This document shows, piece by piece, positions 29,716 through 40,265 of a stretch of 64,000 nucleotides of DNA; position 1 is the stretch's first letter, and each line of letters starts with the position of its first letter. The position numbers and the translations under genes are program-made. The notes below the pieces were generated by a model that was given only the letters and a program-made list of their open reading frames with translations, searched no databases and was not told the DNA's origin. Where the stretch lies: contig SHWZ01000002.1 in assembly GCA_009693575.1 (NCBI GenBank), forward strand, positions 16,929 through 80,928, read 5' to 3'. The stretch is from Flavobacteriaceae bacterium. GTDB taxonomy: Bacteria; Bacteroidota; Bacteroidia; UKL13-3.

Positions 29716-31271
29716 TCAACCACCACCTTCAGCACCTTGAAAGATGCGTTTGAGGTGATTTGAAAAAAGTAGAGGCCTCCTGCTAAATTAGTTTCAATTC
29801 TTGAGTCAGAAGTTTGGAGTTGTTGGTTCAAGACAATTCTTCCTAAAATATCAAAAACCTTCAAGGTTGCTTTTGGCCAATTTGGTGGTAAAATCAGCGT
29901 AAGTTGGCCTTGGCTTGGGTTAGGGAATATAGTTATCTCCCCGCCTCCATCTACATGCCCGATTGCATTTCGTCCGGCACACTCCATTGCTTTCAGTGCA
30001 TTAATACGGCCTTTACCTAATTTACCTATCAAGGTTGGGTTTTGTTTATCAATATTATCGCAACTGTATTTGAGGCATAGTTCTAACTGATTGGAAGTCA
30101 GGTTAGGATTTATAGAACGCATCAAACCCACAAGCCCTGCTGTCATGGGTGCCGACATGCTGGTACCACTTTGAATGCCATATGGATAGCTAATGCCTGG
30201 CAAAGTGCTATAAATTTTTTCACCAGGAGCCATCATATCTATAAAGTTTCCATAATTTGAGAAACTGGAAACTGTGTCTCCAATCGAAACAGAACCGACT
30301 GCTATCACATGATCAAAAGCTGCGGGATAGGTTACAATCTCCTGCCCTTCATTTCCTGCGGCTGCCACACACATAATTCCATTCTTGTGGGCTGCTTCCA
30401 ATAGTGTCTTCATTGTTTTGATTATACTCGTATCTGACCCACCAAACGACATGCTAATGACATCTGGATGCATAGTCACTGCGTAATCTATTCCTTCTTC
30501 CACGTGAGTCAAAATAATTGGCAATGTGGAGGATTTTACAGGCAAAATTCTTACTGTATTGTAACTGATGGAGGCCATGCCAATAGTGTTATCAGTCACC
30601 CCACCTGCTATACCTGCTGTGTGTGTGCCATGTAGCATCAATAAGGCCAATGAAGTTGGAGGCCGCACATCTGTATCGCTTGCTGCCACATCGTAGCCAT
30701 GGCTGTCGTCCACATAGCCGTTGCTGTCATCATCAATGGTGTTGCCTGGTATTTCTTTTGGGTTGGTGTATATGTTGGCAGCCAAGTCTGGATGGTCGCT
30801 TTGTATAGCATCATCTACAATTGCAATGGTTGTAAGTGAAGTTCCTTTCATTGTCCAAGCGGCTGAGGCTTGCAGCATATTGAAGTACCCACTTTGCTTG
30901 TTATCCAAATCGTTTGGCGTGGTGAACGTTTTATACACTTGGCATGGTTCAGCCCACTCCACATCAAGTAGTTTGTTTATTTCTGCTGACGCAAAAGCTG
31001 GGTCTATTTGATACGAAAAATGAACTTTGTAAATCCGCTGCACATCGGCATCGTGTGATTTGAAAGGGTGGTGGATACTCGAAATCTTCAATTCCTTGAC
31101 AAGCCTTTGCCAATCTTTGTCAAGTGCCACGTCGTTATTCAAATACATGTTGAACTCCATCAAGGTAAAGCTAGGTTTTAGTTTCACCCATACTTGTCCA
31201 GGATAGGTATTTGATTGGGAAAAACCTATCATACAAAAACAAAAAGATAGTAGCAGTAAGCAATTTTTCAT
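29712..31271 (-). CDS. S8 subtilisin-like serine peptidase with T9SS C-terminal domain
   Basis: Catalytic triad AIVDDA / HGTHTAG / GTSMSAP, oxyanion motif AAAGN, DDDSNGYVDD calcium loop; C-terminal IFPNPS...FDILGR. Confidence 0.93.
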   Translation of the reverse strand: MKNCLLLLSFCFCMIGFSQSNTYPGQVWVKLKPSFTLMEFNMYLNNDVALDKDWQRLVKELKISSIHHPFKSHDADVQRIYKVHFSYQIDPAFASAEINKLLDVEWAEPCQVYKTFTTPNDLDNKQSGYFNMLQASAAWTMKGTSLTTIAIVDDAIQSDHPDLAANIYTNPKEIPGNTIDDDSNGYVDDSHGYDVAASDTDVRPPTSLALLMLHGTHTAGIAGGVTDNTIGMASISYNTVRILPVKSSTLPIILTHVEEGIDYAVTMHPDVISMSFGGSDTSIIKTMKTLLEAAHKNGIMCVAAAGNEGQEIVTYPAAFDHVIAVGSVSIGDTVSSFSNYGNFIDMMAPGEKIYSTLPGISYPYGIQSGTSMSAPMTAGLVGLMRSINPNLTSNQLELCLKYSCDNIDKQNPTLIGKLGKGRINALKAMECAGRNAIGHVDGGGEITIFPNPSQGQLTLILPPNWPKATLKVFDILGRIVLNQQLQTSDSRIETNLAGGLYFFQITSNASFKVLKVVVD

Positions 31272-31291
31272 GTAGCTACCTAAACGAATTT

Positions 31292-32011
31292 TTACCTAAA
31301 AAGGTTGTACCGCAAGATGCAGTACAAAGCCCTAAACGCATCCTTCATACCAATTTTTTTGCCTTCTTCGTAGGTGCGGCCATAATAGCTGATACCCACT
31401 TCGTAGATGCGTACATTGGGTATGCGTGAAACCTTGGCGGTCACTTCCGGCTCAAAGCCGAAACGTTTCTCTTTCAGATCAAGACTTTTCAAATAATCAG
31501 CACGGAATAGCTTGTAACAAGTTTCCATGTCGGTCAGGTTCAAGTTGGTGAACATGTTGCTAAGCAAAGTCAAAAACTTGTTCCCGATTGTATGCCAAAA
31601 AAATAGGATTCGATGGGCATTGCCACCCATAAAACGGCTTCCATACACTACGTCTGCAAAGCCATCTATCACAGGTTGCAATAATATATTGTACTCAGCA
31701 GGATCATATTCCAGGTCCGCATCTTGAATGATGATGTATTCACCTTTCGACTCTTTAATACCCCTGTGCAGTGCAGCTCCTTTGCCCATGTTGTAGGGCT
31801 GATTGTAAAGCACCATCGGTAGGTCTGGGTTAGCTTTGATATAGGCTTCAACCACTTCTATTGTGTCGTCTTTGGATGAATCATTCACGACTACGACTTC
31901 TTTTTTAATGCCACCAAGTAGTTGAACTTTTTTTATTTTTTCAAAAATAAAATGAATAGTCTTGGCCTCGTTGTAGGCTGGGATAACGATAGACAGGGTA
32001 TTGATTTCCAT
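31292..32011 (-). CDS. Glycosyltransferase family 2 (Dpm1/polyprenol-phosphate glycosyltransferase-like)
   Basis: [34 protein letters not shown] and FGFEPE. Confidence 0.92.
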   Translation of the reverse strand: MEINTLSIVIPAYNEAKTIHFIFEKIKKVQLLGGIKKEVVVVNDSSKDDTIEVVEAYIKANPDLPMVLYNQPYNMGKGAALHRGIKESKGEYIIIQDADLEYDPAEYNILLQPVIDGFADVVYGSRFMGGNAHRILFFWHTIGNKFLTLLSNMFTNLNLTDMETCYKLFRADYLKSLDLKEKRFGFEPEVTAKVSRIPNVRIYEVGISYYGRTYEEGKKIGMKDAFRALYCILRYNLFR

Positions 32012-32014
32012 GAA

Positions 32015-33199
32015 CTAGGATTGTATAGAAGCTTTGTTGAAATAAGGCGAAATAAATCGGTGACAAAGGTAGGCCGTACAGAAAATATAGAATGGAGTCA
32101 TGGGCACCAAATAACGCACAATGCTCAGGTTCACTGTAGCCACCACATTGGTGTATAATACCCCCATCAAAAACAATAGCACCACCGGGTGTTTCAATTT
32201 CCTAAAAAGGAACAAAAAAACACATACCCAAAAAGCCAGCAAATGGAGCCCTTGAAATAAAAGCAACAAGCCCTGCTGACTCCCAGAATCGGTCCCGTAC
32301 CAGACTTTGAACGATTTGAACAACCAAAATTTTAGAAGTCCAATTGGTTCAGTTTTCAGGCATTCGAAGTTGGCATTCACAAAGTTTGTTTCCCATTTGC
32401 CCTTGTGTGGCTTTACCGATTCAATCAATTTGTTTGCCACTGCACCCCCTTCGTAGCGTTTAAGCCCGTCAGCAATAGTTCGACGGAGGTATGAACTAGA
32501 ATCGTTGCTGCCGATTCCCGAAATGGCTATCATAAAAAAAAAGGTGATGCCTGCAAATAGTATTTTCTTTTTCAACGGAAAAGCATAGACCAGAAATGGC
32601 AACAGCAGAAATGGAGCCATATACATGTTAATGCTACGAGTAAGTATGCTAGCCAACAGGAACAGTAATCCCATAATGTAGAAAGTAGATTTTTGCTGTT
32701 GAAATGCTTTCACTAAAAAATAAAAACAGGCCACCAAAAGCACGGTAAACATTGCTTCTGAATTATAGAATTTTGGGATGAAAATGAATGGAGGACTCAG
32801 CACCAAAACCCACAATGAACCAAAGATAATTACCTTGTTGTCGGTTACAGATTGAAATATTTTGAAGCTGAACCAAACAGCCACCATAAGCATCAATACA
32901 TTCAACACAAAAAGCATACTTATACCACCTCCAATACCCCAAACAGATGCGATCAAAAGAGAGTAGGCAGGCGGTTGACCACCGTGGCGGCTTATATCGC
33001 CATTGGTATTCAATTTAAGGCCATCGGGTGTGGTGTAACTACTGCCATCATTCAGCCAATTGATGGCATTGGGGTAGTAGAAATTAGCGAAATCGTCAGA
33101 CGGAGAATCCAAGTGAGCCATCTTGATGCCCGCTTGAGTCAGCAGAAAAAAGGCAAGAACAACACGGATATTCGTGAAGTATAATAGTATATTTTTCAT
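32015..33199 (-). CDS. Multi-TM membrane protein, probable GT-C fold glycosyltransferase (ArnT/PMT-like)
   Basis: N-terminal loop with DDF and QPPAYS, SE motif, L.R and late RY..P; follows GT2 genes. Confidence 0.6.
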   Translation of the reverse strand: MKNILLYFTNIRVVLAFFLLTQAGIKMAHLDSPSDDFANFYYPNAINWLNDGSSYTTPDGLKLNTNGDISRHGGQPPAYSLLIASVWGIGGGISMLFVLNVLMLMVAVWFSFKIFQSVTDNKVIIFGSLWVLVLSPPFIFIPKFYNSEAMFTVLLVACFYFLVKAFQQQKSTFYIMGLLFLLASILTRSINMYMAPFLLLPFLVYAFPLKKKILFAGITFFFMIAISGIGSNDSSSYLRRTIADGLKRYEGGAVANKLIESVKPHKGKWETNFVNANFECLKTEPIGLLKFWLFKSFKVWYGTDSGSQQGLLLLFQGLHLLAFWVCVFLFLFRKLKHPVVLLFLMGVLYTNVVATVNLSIVRYLVPMTPFYIFCTAYLCHRFISPYFNKASIQS

Positions 33200-34158
33200 T
33201 GTAGTATTTTACGTTTCCGCCATCGCCACATACCTACCCCAAACCCTAGTCCGTATGCAAGATGCAGTAGTGTGTAGGCCGGAATAGTGAATAGTTTTAC
33301 CAGTAGACTTTCTGTGCTTTTGAAAGAAAAAATAATATTGAGCAATAGGTAAAGTAGAAACGGCAGACTCCACCACCAAAACCAGCAGGCTGCAACCGAC
33401 GTGATTAGGTAAAGGCTAAACCCGATTGGCACAATATGCCTGATGCGGACACCCTCGTTGCCAAGTTTTTTGAACACCAAAGGCTTGTAAACACCATACT
33501 GAAAATACTGTATGAACATTGCCTTGTAGCTATCACGCACATAGTATTCCGATTTAATTTCAGAGGAGAGAAAAATTTTGCCACCAAGTTTGTTTGTGCG
33601 GTAGTTGAATTCATCGTCCTGATTTCGCATCAGTTCTTCGTCAAACAAACCGAATTTATCAAATGCATCTCGCTTCCAAAAACCGAAGGGAACAGTATCC
33701 ACAAAGCGGTCAGTGAGCTCAGTGCGAAATTCCGAATTGCCAACCCCAAACTGGCTGCTCATAGCTACTGCTATAGCTTTACCAACTGTTGTCTTTCCTT
33801 TCGACACAATATATCCACCCACATTGTCGGCTCCTGATTTTTGCAGTATCCTCAAACATTTTTCGAAGTAATCATTAGGATATTCGGTATGTGCATCCAG
33901 CCGAGCTATGTATTCGCCTTTTGCCTGCCTTATTGCCTTGTTCAGGCCAAAAGGTACATACTTTTTCGGGTTGTCTATCAGGTGAATGTTTGGATGCTTT
34001 TTGCTCCACTCCTGCACCATTTCGCGACTGCCATCTTTGCTCATACCATCCACATACAGCAGTTCTTTGTCAGCGGGAAGAGCGTTTACAAAGAAGTCCA
34101 TCAACTGGTCTAAATGTGGGGCTCCGTTAAAAGCTGGACAAATGACAGAGATTTTCAT
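33196..34158 (-). CDS. Glycosyltransferase family 2 (ExoA-like)
   Basis: VDGMSKDG, LDAH, DTVPFG, FDEELMRNQDDEFNYR; C-terminal transmembrane segments. Confidence 0.9.
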   Translation of the reverse strand: MKISVICPAFNGAPHLDQLMDFFVNALPADKELLYVDGMSKDGSREMVQEWSKKHPNIHLIDNPKKYVPFGLNKAIRQAKGEYIARLDAHTEYPNDYFEKCLRILQKSGADNVGGYIVSKGKTTVGKAIAVAMSSQFGVGNSEFRTELTDRFVDTVPFGFWKRDAFDKFGLFDEELMRNQDDEFNYRTNKLGGKIFLSSEIKSEYYVRDSYKAMFIQYFQYGVYKPLVFKKLGNEGVRIRHIVPIGFSLYLITSVAACWFWWWSLPFLLYLLLNIIFSFKSTESLLVKLFTIPAYTLLHLAYGLGFGVGMWRWRKRKILQ

Positions 34159-34532
34159 TTTACAGCATTATACAATACTCCATCTATTTTTAATTCTGTG
34201 GAAGTGAGCCTGTCAATTTTGTGTTTCTTAACAAAAAATTCATTGCCCTGGGCATTGACATCTTCATACATATAAAGTGAATCACCCGATATTTTGAACT
34301 TTGGCTCGGGGCCAGTGAGTAAGTTTTCTGACCAAATTACATCGTTGACACCTTTTCGCATTTCCAAAAATTTATTGTCTATAAAAAAGATGAACCGCTC
34401 ATCGTCAATAGCGGTGCTTAGTCTCGCCCTGTCCCAGGTTGTATAAATTTCGTTGGGTACCACTTTGTGGCGGTTGCAGGCAATCACAGCAAGCAATAGC
34501 AATGCTGATAGCGTGTAAATGGATTTCTTCAT
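34155..34532 (-). CDS. Small hypothetical lipoprotein
   Basis: MKKSIYTLSALLLLAVIA-C lipobox; I..LTSTELKI resembles lipocalin-like Bacteroidota lipoproteins. Confidence 0.65.
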   Translation of the reverse strand: MKKSIYTLSALLLLAVIACNRHKVVPNEIYTTWDRARLSTAIDDERFIFFIDNKFLEMRKGVNDVIWSENLLTGPEPKFKISGDSLYMYEDVNAQGNEFFVKKHKIDRLTSTELKIDGVLYNAVK

Positions 34533-34687
34533 CGGCTGCAAAATTAGGCTTGGTTGCAGTTAGCAGCTTACTCTTCGTTTATGCCCTTCACCTGACGTAA
34601 ATGGTTTTTACTGGAAGATGCGTCAAAGGTGCTCTCTATTTCTTAACGGTGAGGGCATCAAAAATGGAATTAAGTACTGTTGTCAGT

Positions 34688-35647
34688 TCATTTATTTAAA
34701 TTAATTTTTCTCGCTACTACCAACAAACCATTTCCCGATTTTTTAGGCTTCACAAAATCTAACAACATCAACATCCAAATCAGTGGAAGAAATAAAATCA
34801 GCAAGAGAGCAAACACACATTTGAAAAGCATAGGAAGGTGGGTAATCAACAAAAGAAACGAGTGTTGGATTTCATGAGACAATATACCAAAGATACCGTA
34901 GGTAGATTGCTGTTTTTCTACACTGAAACCGACAGCCTTCAATTTAGAAATCACATCTTCAGGCTGATAAATTCTTCGACGATGCTGCACCGTTTCGTAG
35001 TTTGAAAATTTATTAAAAAGCAACTTGTAGAAGGGTAAAATAAATCGTCCATTCACAGGTAGATAAAGCAGTAGCTTACCACCTGATTTGCATTGATTGT
35101 GGAGGTTGGCAAGGGCGGCATTGTCATTCTCTACATATTGCAACACACCTACACAAAGGAGCAAATCAGCTTGGGTTTTCAAGTGTACTGAGTTAATATC
35201 CGAATGAATAATTTGGCAGTTTTTCGAACATGTGATGGCTGCATAACTTTGGCAAAAAGCTATGTTGGCTGCATTCTTATCTATTGCCGAAAAATTGGCC
35301 GTTTTGTTGCTTTTCACAAATGGAAAAAGGAACTGTCCTTCACCGCAGCCCATGTCGGCCAAATGGTAGCTTGCAGGCAGGTTTTTCACTTCTTTTCTTA
35401 AGGCTTTAAATACATACCATTTACGCAATTGGGTAAACCAATTAAAGGCATATAGCCACCAAATAAACCGAGGATACCTGAGTAAGAACTCGGGGTAGCT
35501 ATGCTCAAAAATGGGTATGTGATTGGGAGAAGCCAAACTAATTTCGGATTTGATTGGGCGAAAGTAGCTAATTCCTATTTTTTGGTTCACCTGATAGAAT
35601 AATCGATTGGAGCGGATAGGCAAATTAGAGAGAGGAAAGGTAGCCAT
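34688..35647 (-). CDS. Class I SAM-dependent methyltransferase (start uncertain)
   Basis: LADMGCGEGQF, VGVLQYVEND, K.GGKLL and H.RRIY; late hydrophobic segment typical of glycan-cluster methyltransferases. Confidence 0.85.
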   Translation of the reverse strand: MATFPLSNLPIRSNRLFYQVNQKIGISYFRPIKSEISLASPNHIPIFEHSYPEFLLRYPRFIWWLYAFNWFTQLRKWYVFKALRKEVKNLPASYHLADMGCGEGQFLFPFVKSNKTANFSAIDKNAANIAFCQSYAAITCSKNCQIIHSDINSVHLKTQADLLLCVGVLQYVENDNAALANLHNQCKSGGKLLLYLPVNGRFILPFYKLLFNKFSNYETVQHRRRIYQPEDVISKLKAVGFSVEKQQSTYGIFGILSHEIQHSFLLLITHLPMLFKCVFALLLILFLPLIWMLMLLDFVKPKKSGNGLLVVARKINLNK

Positions 35648-35784
35648 ATCAATAATGTAAGTCCGAAATTATTCAAGCCACCTCACAATTTGTTGTTTAG
35701 ATTTCAGTCATTGTCCCCAAATCTAATCTTTGTCACCTTTGTTTTTTCGTGTATGCAATTACTTTTGCCGCCTCTTAAAATTTT

Positions 35785-36741
35785 ATGGAACAGAAAGAAC
35801 ATGTAGAATGCCTAATCATAGGCTCAGGGCCTGCGGGCTACACCGCCGCCATTTATGCCGCCCGTGCCGATATGAAACCCGTGATGTACGAAGGGATGCA
35901 GCCTGGCGGGCAGCTCACCATCACCACCGATGTGGAAAATTACCCAGGCTTCCCTACTGGGGTTGAAGGACCACATATGATGGAGCTTTTCAAGCAACAG
36001 GCCGTAAGGCTTGGCACTGATGTGCGATATGGTATGGCCACTGCTGTTGATTTTTCGAGCGGTAAACCTCCGTACATTGTTACTATTGATGGGCAAAAAG
36101 AAATTGTGGCCGAAAGCATCATCATAGCGACTGGAGCTTCAGCCAAATGGCTTGGGATACCTTCTGAAACCAGACTGAATGGCGGTGGAGTTTCTGCCTG
36201 TGCAGTTTGTGATGGCTTTTTCTATCGAGGACAAGATGTAGCCATTGTAGGTGCAGGAGATACCGCATGCGAAGAAGCCAGTTACTTATCCAAGATTTGC
36301 AGCAAAGTTTACATGATTGTACGAAAAGCAGAATTTCGGGCATCGAAGGCCATGCAGCACAGGGTGATGAATACTCCCAATATTGAAGTAATCTTTAATA
36401 GTGAAACAGATGAGGTGCTTGGAGACAATGTGGTGACTGGTGTTCGCCTGAATAATGTTGTGACGGAAGAAAAGCGGGAAGTAGCTATTACTGGATTTTT
36501 TGTTGCCATTGGCCATACACCCAACACGGTTATTTTCAAGGAGTACCTAAAAATGGATGATGTTGGCTATATAATCACAGAACCAGACAGTACACGAACC
36601 AATGTGGAAGGAGTGTTTGCCTGCGGCGATGCCCAAGATAAAGTGTACCGTCAGGCTGTTACTGCAGCGGGCACAGGGTGCATGGCTGCACTTGATGCTG
36701 AACGCTATTTGAGTGCCAAAAAAGCTAGCGAAACAATGTGA
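35785..36741 (+). CDS. trxB: Thioredoxin-disulfide reductase
   Basis: IIGSGPAGYTAA, GVSACAVCDGFF and GVFACGD..D..YRQA. Confidence 0.97.
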   Translation: MEQKEHVECLIIGSGPAGYTAAIYAARADMKPVMYEGMQPGGQLTITTDVENYPGFPTGVEGPHMMELFKQQAVRLGTDVRYGMATAVDFSSGKPPYIVTIDGQKEIVAESIIIATGASAKWLGIPSETRLNGGGVSACAVCDGFFYRGQDVAIVGAGDTACEEASYLSKICSKVYMIVRKAEFRASKAMQHRVMNTPNIEVIFNSETDEVLGDNVVTGVRLNNVVTEEKREVAITGFFVAIGHTPNTVIFKEYLKMDDVGYIITEPDSTRTNVEGVFACGDAQDKVYRQAVTAAGTGCMAALDAERYLSAKKASETM

Positions 36742-36829
36742 GCATGTAGTAATTGAATAATTGACAAAGGCAGACCGTTATTTGTAATCAACTAATTAAC
36801 TTTAAACTTTTCATCCTACGTCTCAAATC

Positions 36830-37993
36830 TTGAACACTGAAACCAAAAAACGTATTGCCATATTAGGTAGCACAGGGTCGATTGGAACGCAGGCCATCGA
36901 TGTTATTAAGGCCAATCCAGACCTGTTTGTCATAGAAGTATTGACCGCAGGATACAATGCCGACCTATTGATAACGCAAGCATTGGAACTAAAACCTAAT
37001 GCAGTAGTGATTGCTGACGAAAGCAAATACCAATTTGTAAAAGAAACATTGCAGCCACATGACATAAAAGTTTTTGCTGGCCATGAGGCAATTTGCCAAG
37101 TAGTACAGATGGAAACCATTGACTTGGTTCTAGCAGCTTTGGTAGGTTTCAGCGGATTGAAACCAGTAATAGAAGCCATAAAAAGCCATAAAACCATTGC
37201 TCTGGCCAACAAAGAAACTTTGGTGGTTGCAGGGCAATTGATAACTGAACTTGCAGAACAATATCGGGTTTCTATCCTTCCAGTCGATTCAGAACACTCG
37301 GCTATTTTCCAATGTTTGGTGGGCGAGAATCCTGATAGCATCGAAAAATTGATCTTGACTGCATCTGGCGGACCTTTTAGGGGAATGAGCAGACAACAAC
37401 TTGAAACAGTAACTCCTATTCATGCCTTGAAACACCCTAACTGGACTATGGGAGCCAAAGTGACAATTGATTCCGCGTCATTGATGAACAAAGGATTGGA
37501 GATGATAGAAGCCAAATGGCTTTTTGGAATTGATGTGAGGAACATTGAAGTAGTCGTGCATCCACAAAGCATTATACACAGCCTGGTGCAATTCAATGAT
37601 GGTAGCATGAAAGCTCAGCTTGGCCTGCCCGATATGAAATTACCTATTCAATATGCAATGGCATTCCCACATCGCATCCACAGCAATTTCCCACGCTTTG
37701 AATTCACAAAGTACCCATCGCTCACCTTCGAAAAACCTGACCTAACTTCCTTCCGAAACCTTGGGCTTGCCGTAGAGAGCATTAGTCAAGGAGGTAATAT
37801 GCCTTGTGCCTTGAATGCTGCCAATGAAGTAGCAGTTCAAGCATTCCTTGAAGGAAAGGTAACCTTTTTAGGCATGAGTGATTTGATTGAAGATTGTCTG
37901 ACAAGAACCGCACATATCAAGTTGCCCTCCATCGATGATTTGATTCATACAGATGAGACTGCAAGACGGGCCACTAAACTAAATCTTCAATAA
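36830..37993 (+). CDS. dxr: 1-deoxy-D-xylulose-5-phosphate reductoisomerase
   Basis: ILGSTGSIGTQ, LANKETLV, PVDSEHSA, HPNWTMGAKVTIDSA and NAANE. Confidence 0.97.
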   Translation: MNTETKKRIAILGSTGSIGTQAIDVIKANPDLFVIEVLTAGYNADLLITQALELKPNAVVIADESKYQFVKETLQPHDIKVFAGHEAICQVVQMETIDLVLAALVGFSGLKPVIEAIKSHKTIALANKETLVVAGQLITELAEQYRVSILPVDSEHSAIFQCLVGENPDSIEKLILTASGGPFRGMSRQQLETVTPIHALKHPNWTMGAKVTIDSASLMNKGLEMIEAKWLFGIDVRNIEVVVHPQSIIHSLVQFNDGSMKAQLGLPDMKLPIQYAMAFPHRIHSNFPRFEFTKYPSLTFEKPDLTSFRNLGLAVESISQGGNMPCALNAANEVAVQAFLEGKVTFLGMSDLIEDCLTRTAHIKLPSIDDLIHTDETARRATKLNLQ

Positions 37994-38046
37994 TCCACAA
38001 TTAAGCAAAAGCTTTATAGCTATTTTTGCACCATATTTAAGACAAG

Positions 38047-39477
38047 ATGTTATTAGAAAATATTACAAAACAAAAGGTAGTTTATATAATAATGTTCCAT
38101 CTCCTTTTAGGAGTATTGTTTAATCTAAGTAATTTATTCCTTGATTTATGGTATTATGGATGTGCATTATGGGCGATCTCTAATCTACTTTCTCAACAAA
38201 ACAGAAATGAGATTGCAGCATCTGCCTCATTCTATTTCGTAGGCTTGGAGGTAGTGTCAAGAATGGTACAAGGGAATGTACCATGGGAAGGTGTTAAGTA
38301 CATAGTTATTTTATTTTTATTTTTAGGCAAGTCGCTTAGTAACAAGAAAAGCGAAAATAATCAAGGTACAATTATCTATTTTTTATTACTGATTCCGTCT
38401 ATCTTCATTACTGATTATCCAAATTTTGAAGCATTTAAGCAGCAGATTTCGTTTAACATATCTGGGCCTTTATGCTTGTTAGTCACAACCATTTATTTTA
38501 CAGGTCGGACATATTCAGTCAACCAGTTAAAAAGTATGATGCTGCTTTGCATCCTCCCAATCTTAGCCACTTGTATGGTTATTGCCTTAAGGATACCTTC
38601 ATTTTCCGAAATTAAATTTCAAGACGCTGCAAATTTCCAATTGAGTGGTGGATTTGGCCCAAATCAAGTAGCCAGTATCATGGGGTTTGGCCTTGTTATA
38701 ATGTTTTTTTCTTTTTTTCTTGCCATCTCTGTTACTGGTTTAAGATGGTTGGACATAACAATAAGTATTGCTCTTTTTATATTTTGTACTATCAATTTTT
38801 CTAGAGGCGGGCTTTTTACAGCTATTATTTCAACTTTTCTAGGGGCATTGGTTTGGAATCGATATTCAGTCTCTCAAAAAAAAGGTACTTTCTTTTTGGG
38901 ATTATCGGTGGCAGTTTTATCTACAGTTATACTTTTCAACTACATCGATGCATTCACAGGGAATACCCTCTCGCAAAGATATGCCGGAAGTACAAGCAAA
39001 AAAGACGCCCGGTATGAGCAGTTCGGATCAGGAGTAAGTGGACGTGATGTCTTGATATTGAGTGATCTAGATATTTTTAAAAACAATCCAGTAATGGGTA
39101 TCGGCATGGGTATGACTTTATATCAACATGCTAAGTATATGGATAAGCAAATTGCCTCGCACACCGAAATAACCAGACTCCTCTCCGAACATGGTTCAAT
39201 GGGACTAGCAGCCCTAATACTGCTACTGAGTAACCCAATTAGGTCCTTTCGACGAACACCTGATTTTTACAAAAGACTATTTCTAGTAATGTTTACCTCG
39301 TATGCTCTCATTTGCACAACACATGCAGCCATGCGGTTGGCTATGATGGGGTTTGGATACGGAATTGCTTTCATGAACATTATTCCACGAAGGCGTGATG
39401 AGCGTGATCCTGTAGCCGATTATCAAGCTCAGAGCCTGATTTGGAATCAATATGAAGAAGGCATACTTACCTCTTAA
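38047..39477 (+). CDS. O-antigen ligase/Wzy-like membrane protein
   Basis: Multi-TM; GGFGPNQ, FSRGG, SGR...GIGMG and HTE..RLLSEHG.MG. Confidence 0.75.
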   Translation: MLLENITKQKVVYIIMFHLLLGVLFNLSNLFLDLWYYGCALWAISNLLSQQNRNEIAASASFYFVGLEVVSRMVQGNVPWEGVKYIVILFLFLGKSLSNKKSENNQGTIIYFLLLIPSIFITDYPNFEAFKQQISFNISGPLCLLVTTIYFTGRTYSVNQLKSMMLLCILPILATCMVIALRIPSFSEIKFQDAANFQLSGGFGPNQVASIMGFGLVIMFFSFFLAISVTGLRWLDITISIALFIFCTINFSRGGLFTAIISTFLGALVWNRYSVSQKKGTFFLGLSVAVLSTVILFNYIDAFTGNTLSQRYAGSTSKKDARYEQFGSGVSGRDVLILSDLDIFKNNPVMGIGMGMTLYQHAKYMDKQIASHTEITRLLSEHGSMGLAALILLLSNPIRSFRRTPDFYKRLFLVMFTSYALICTTHAAMRLAMMGFGYGIAFMNIIPRRRDERDPVADYQAQSLIWNQYEEGILTS

Positions 39478-39486
39478 GGATAACAG

Positions 39487-40230
39487 TTATCGTTTTTTTC
39501 TTGCGAAGATTAGTAATCTTTCTGATTCATTTTGGTTGAAAGGTCCCAACTCGTAATTTCCAAAAAAATCAAAAGGTTCGAGCCTTGCCTTATTGAGCAT
39601 TGAGATTAGTTCAGTTTGTGTATAAAGCCTGACGAATTCGTTGAATGTGCTTGTTTTACTTCCATCATTGACCACAATTTCCTTCTGCACTCTGCCCGAA
39701 GATATTTTTTTTTCTATAGAAAAATGAATGCCTTCTCTTTCAAAATCCAGCCCAACGAACGAAGCAATATCGTTCTTCACCTTGGCGGCGTTTAGAAAGT
39801 CAAGGACAAATATGCCACCGTGCATTAGCATTTGGCCTACCGCATTTAATACTGCCTGATCCTCTTCTATTTTCTCAAAATAGCCAAAGCTGGTAAATAG
39901 ACTAAAAATATAGTTAAATTTGTCAGGTAGCGGTTGCCGCATATCATGCACACCAAAACTCAACCCCTTGGCTGTTTCCTCTTTTGCTTTGGTAATACTA
40001 TTTTCTGATAGATCTACACCTTTAACCTCAAAACCTTTGCTATGAAGGTAGATAGAATGCCGGCCTTTGCCGCATGCCAAATCAAGTATTTTTGAACATT
40101 TAGGTATTTGTAGGATATCCGTAAGTCTACCCAAAAAATGTCTTGCTTCATTTTCGTCTCGGTTAGCATAAAGAAGATGATAATAGCTTGTATCAAACCA
40201 GGATTCAAACCATTGGATATTTTCGGGCAT
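39487..40230 (-). CDS. Class I SAM-dependent methyltransferase
   Basis: WFESWFD..YYH.LY..RD, LDLACGKGRH, HDMR, FTSFGYF and GG.FVLDFLN. Confidence 0.9.
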   Translation of the reverse strand: MPENIQWFESWFDTSYYHLLYANRDENEARHFLGRLTDILQIPKCSKILDLACGKGRHSIYLHSKGFEVKGVDLSENSITKAKEETAKGLSFGVHDMRQPLPDKFNYIFSLFTSFGYFEKIEEDQAVLNAVGQMLMHGGIFVLDFLNAAKVKNDIASFVGLDFEREGIHFSIEKKISSGRVQKEIVVNDGSKTSTFNEFVRLYTQTELISMLNKARLEPFDFFGNYELGPFNQNESERLLIFARKKR

Positions 40231-40265
40231 GGTTGGTAGCAATTGGGGTTACTTTTGCAAAATAA

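Noticed and set aside
32534-32542. A9 run (T9 on the coding strand) in the GT-C-like gene as a phase-variation tract
   Set aside because: Mid-gene Phe codons in a transmembrane segment of an AT-rich gene; the length is unremarkable without read evidence.
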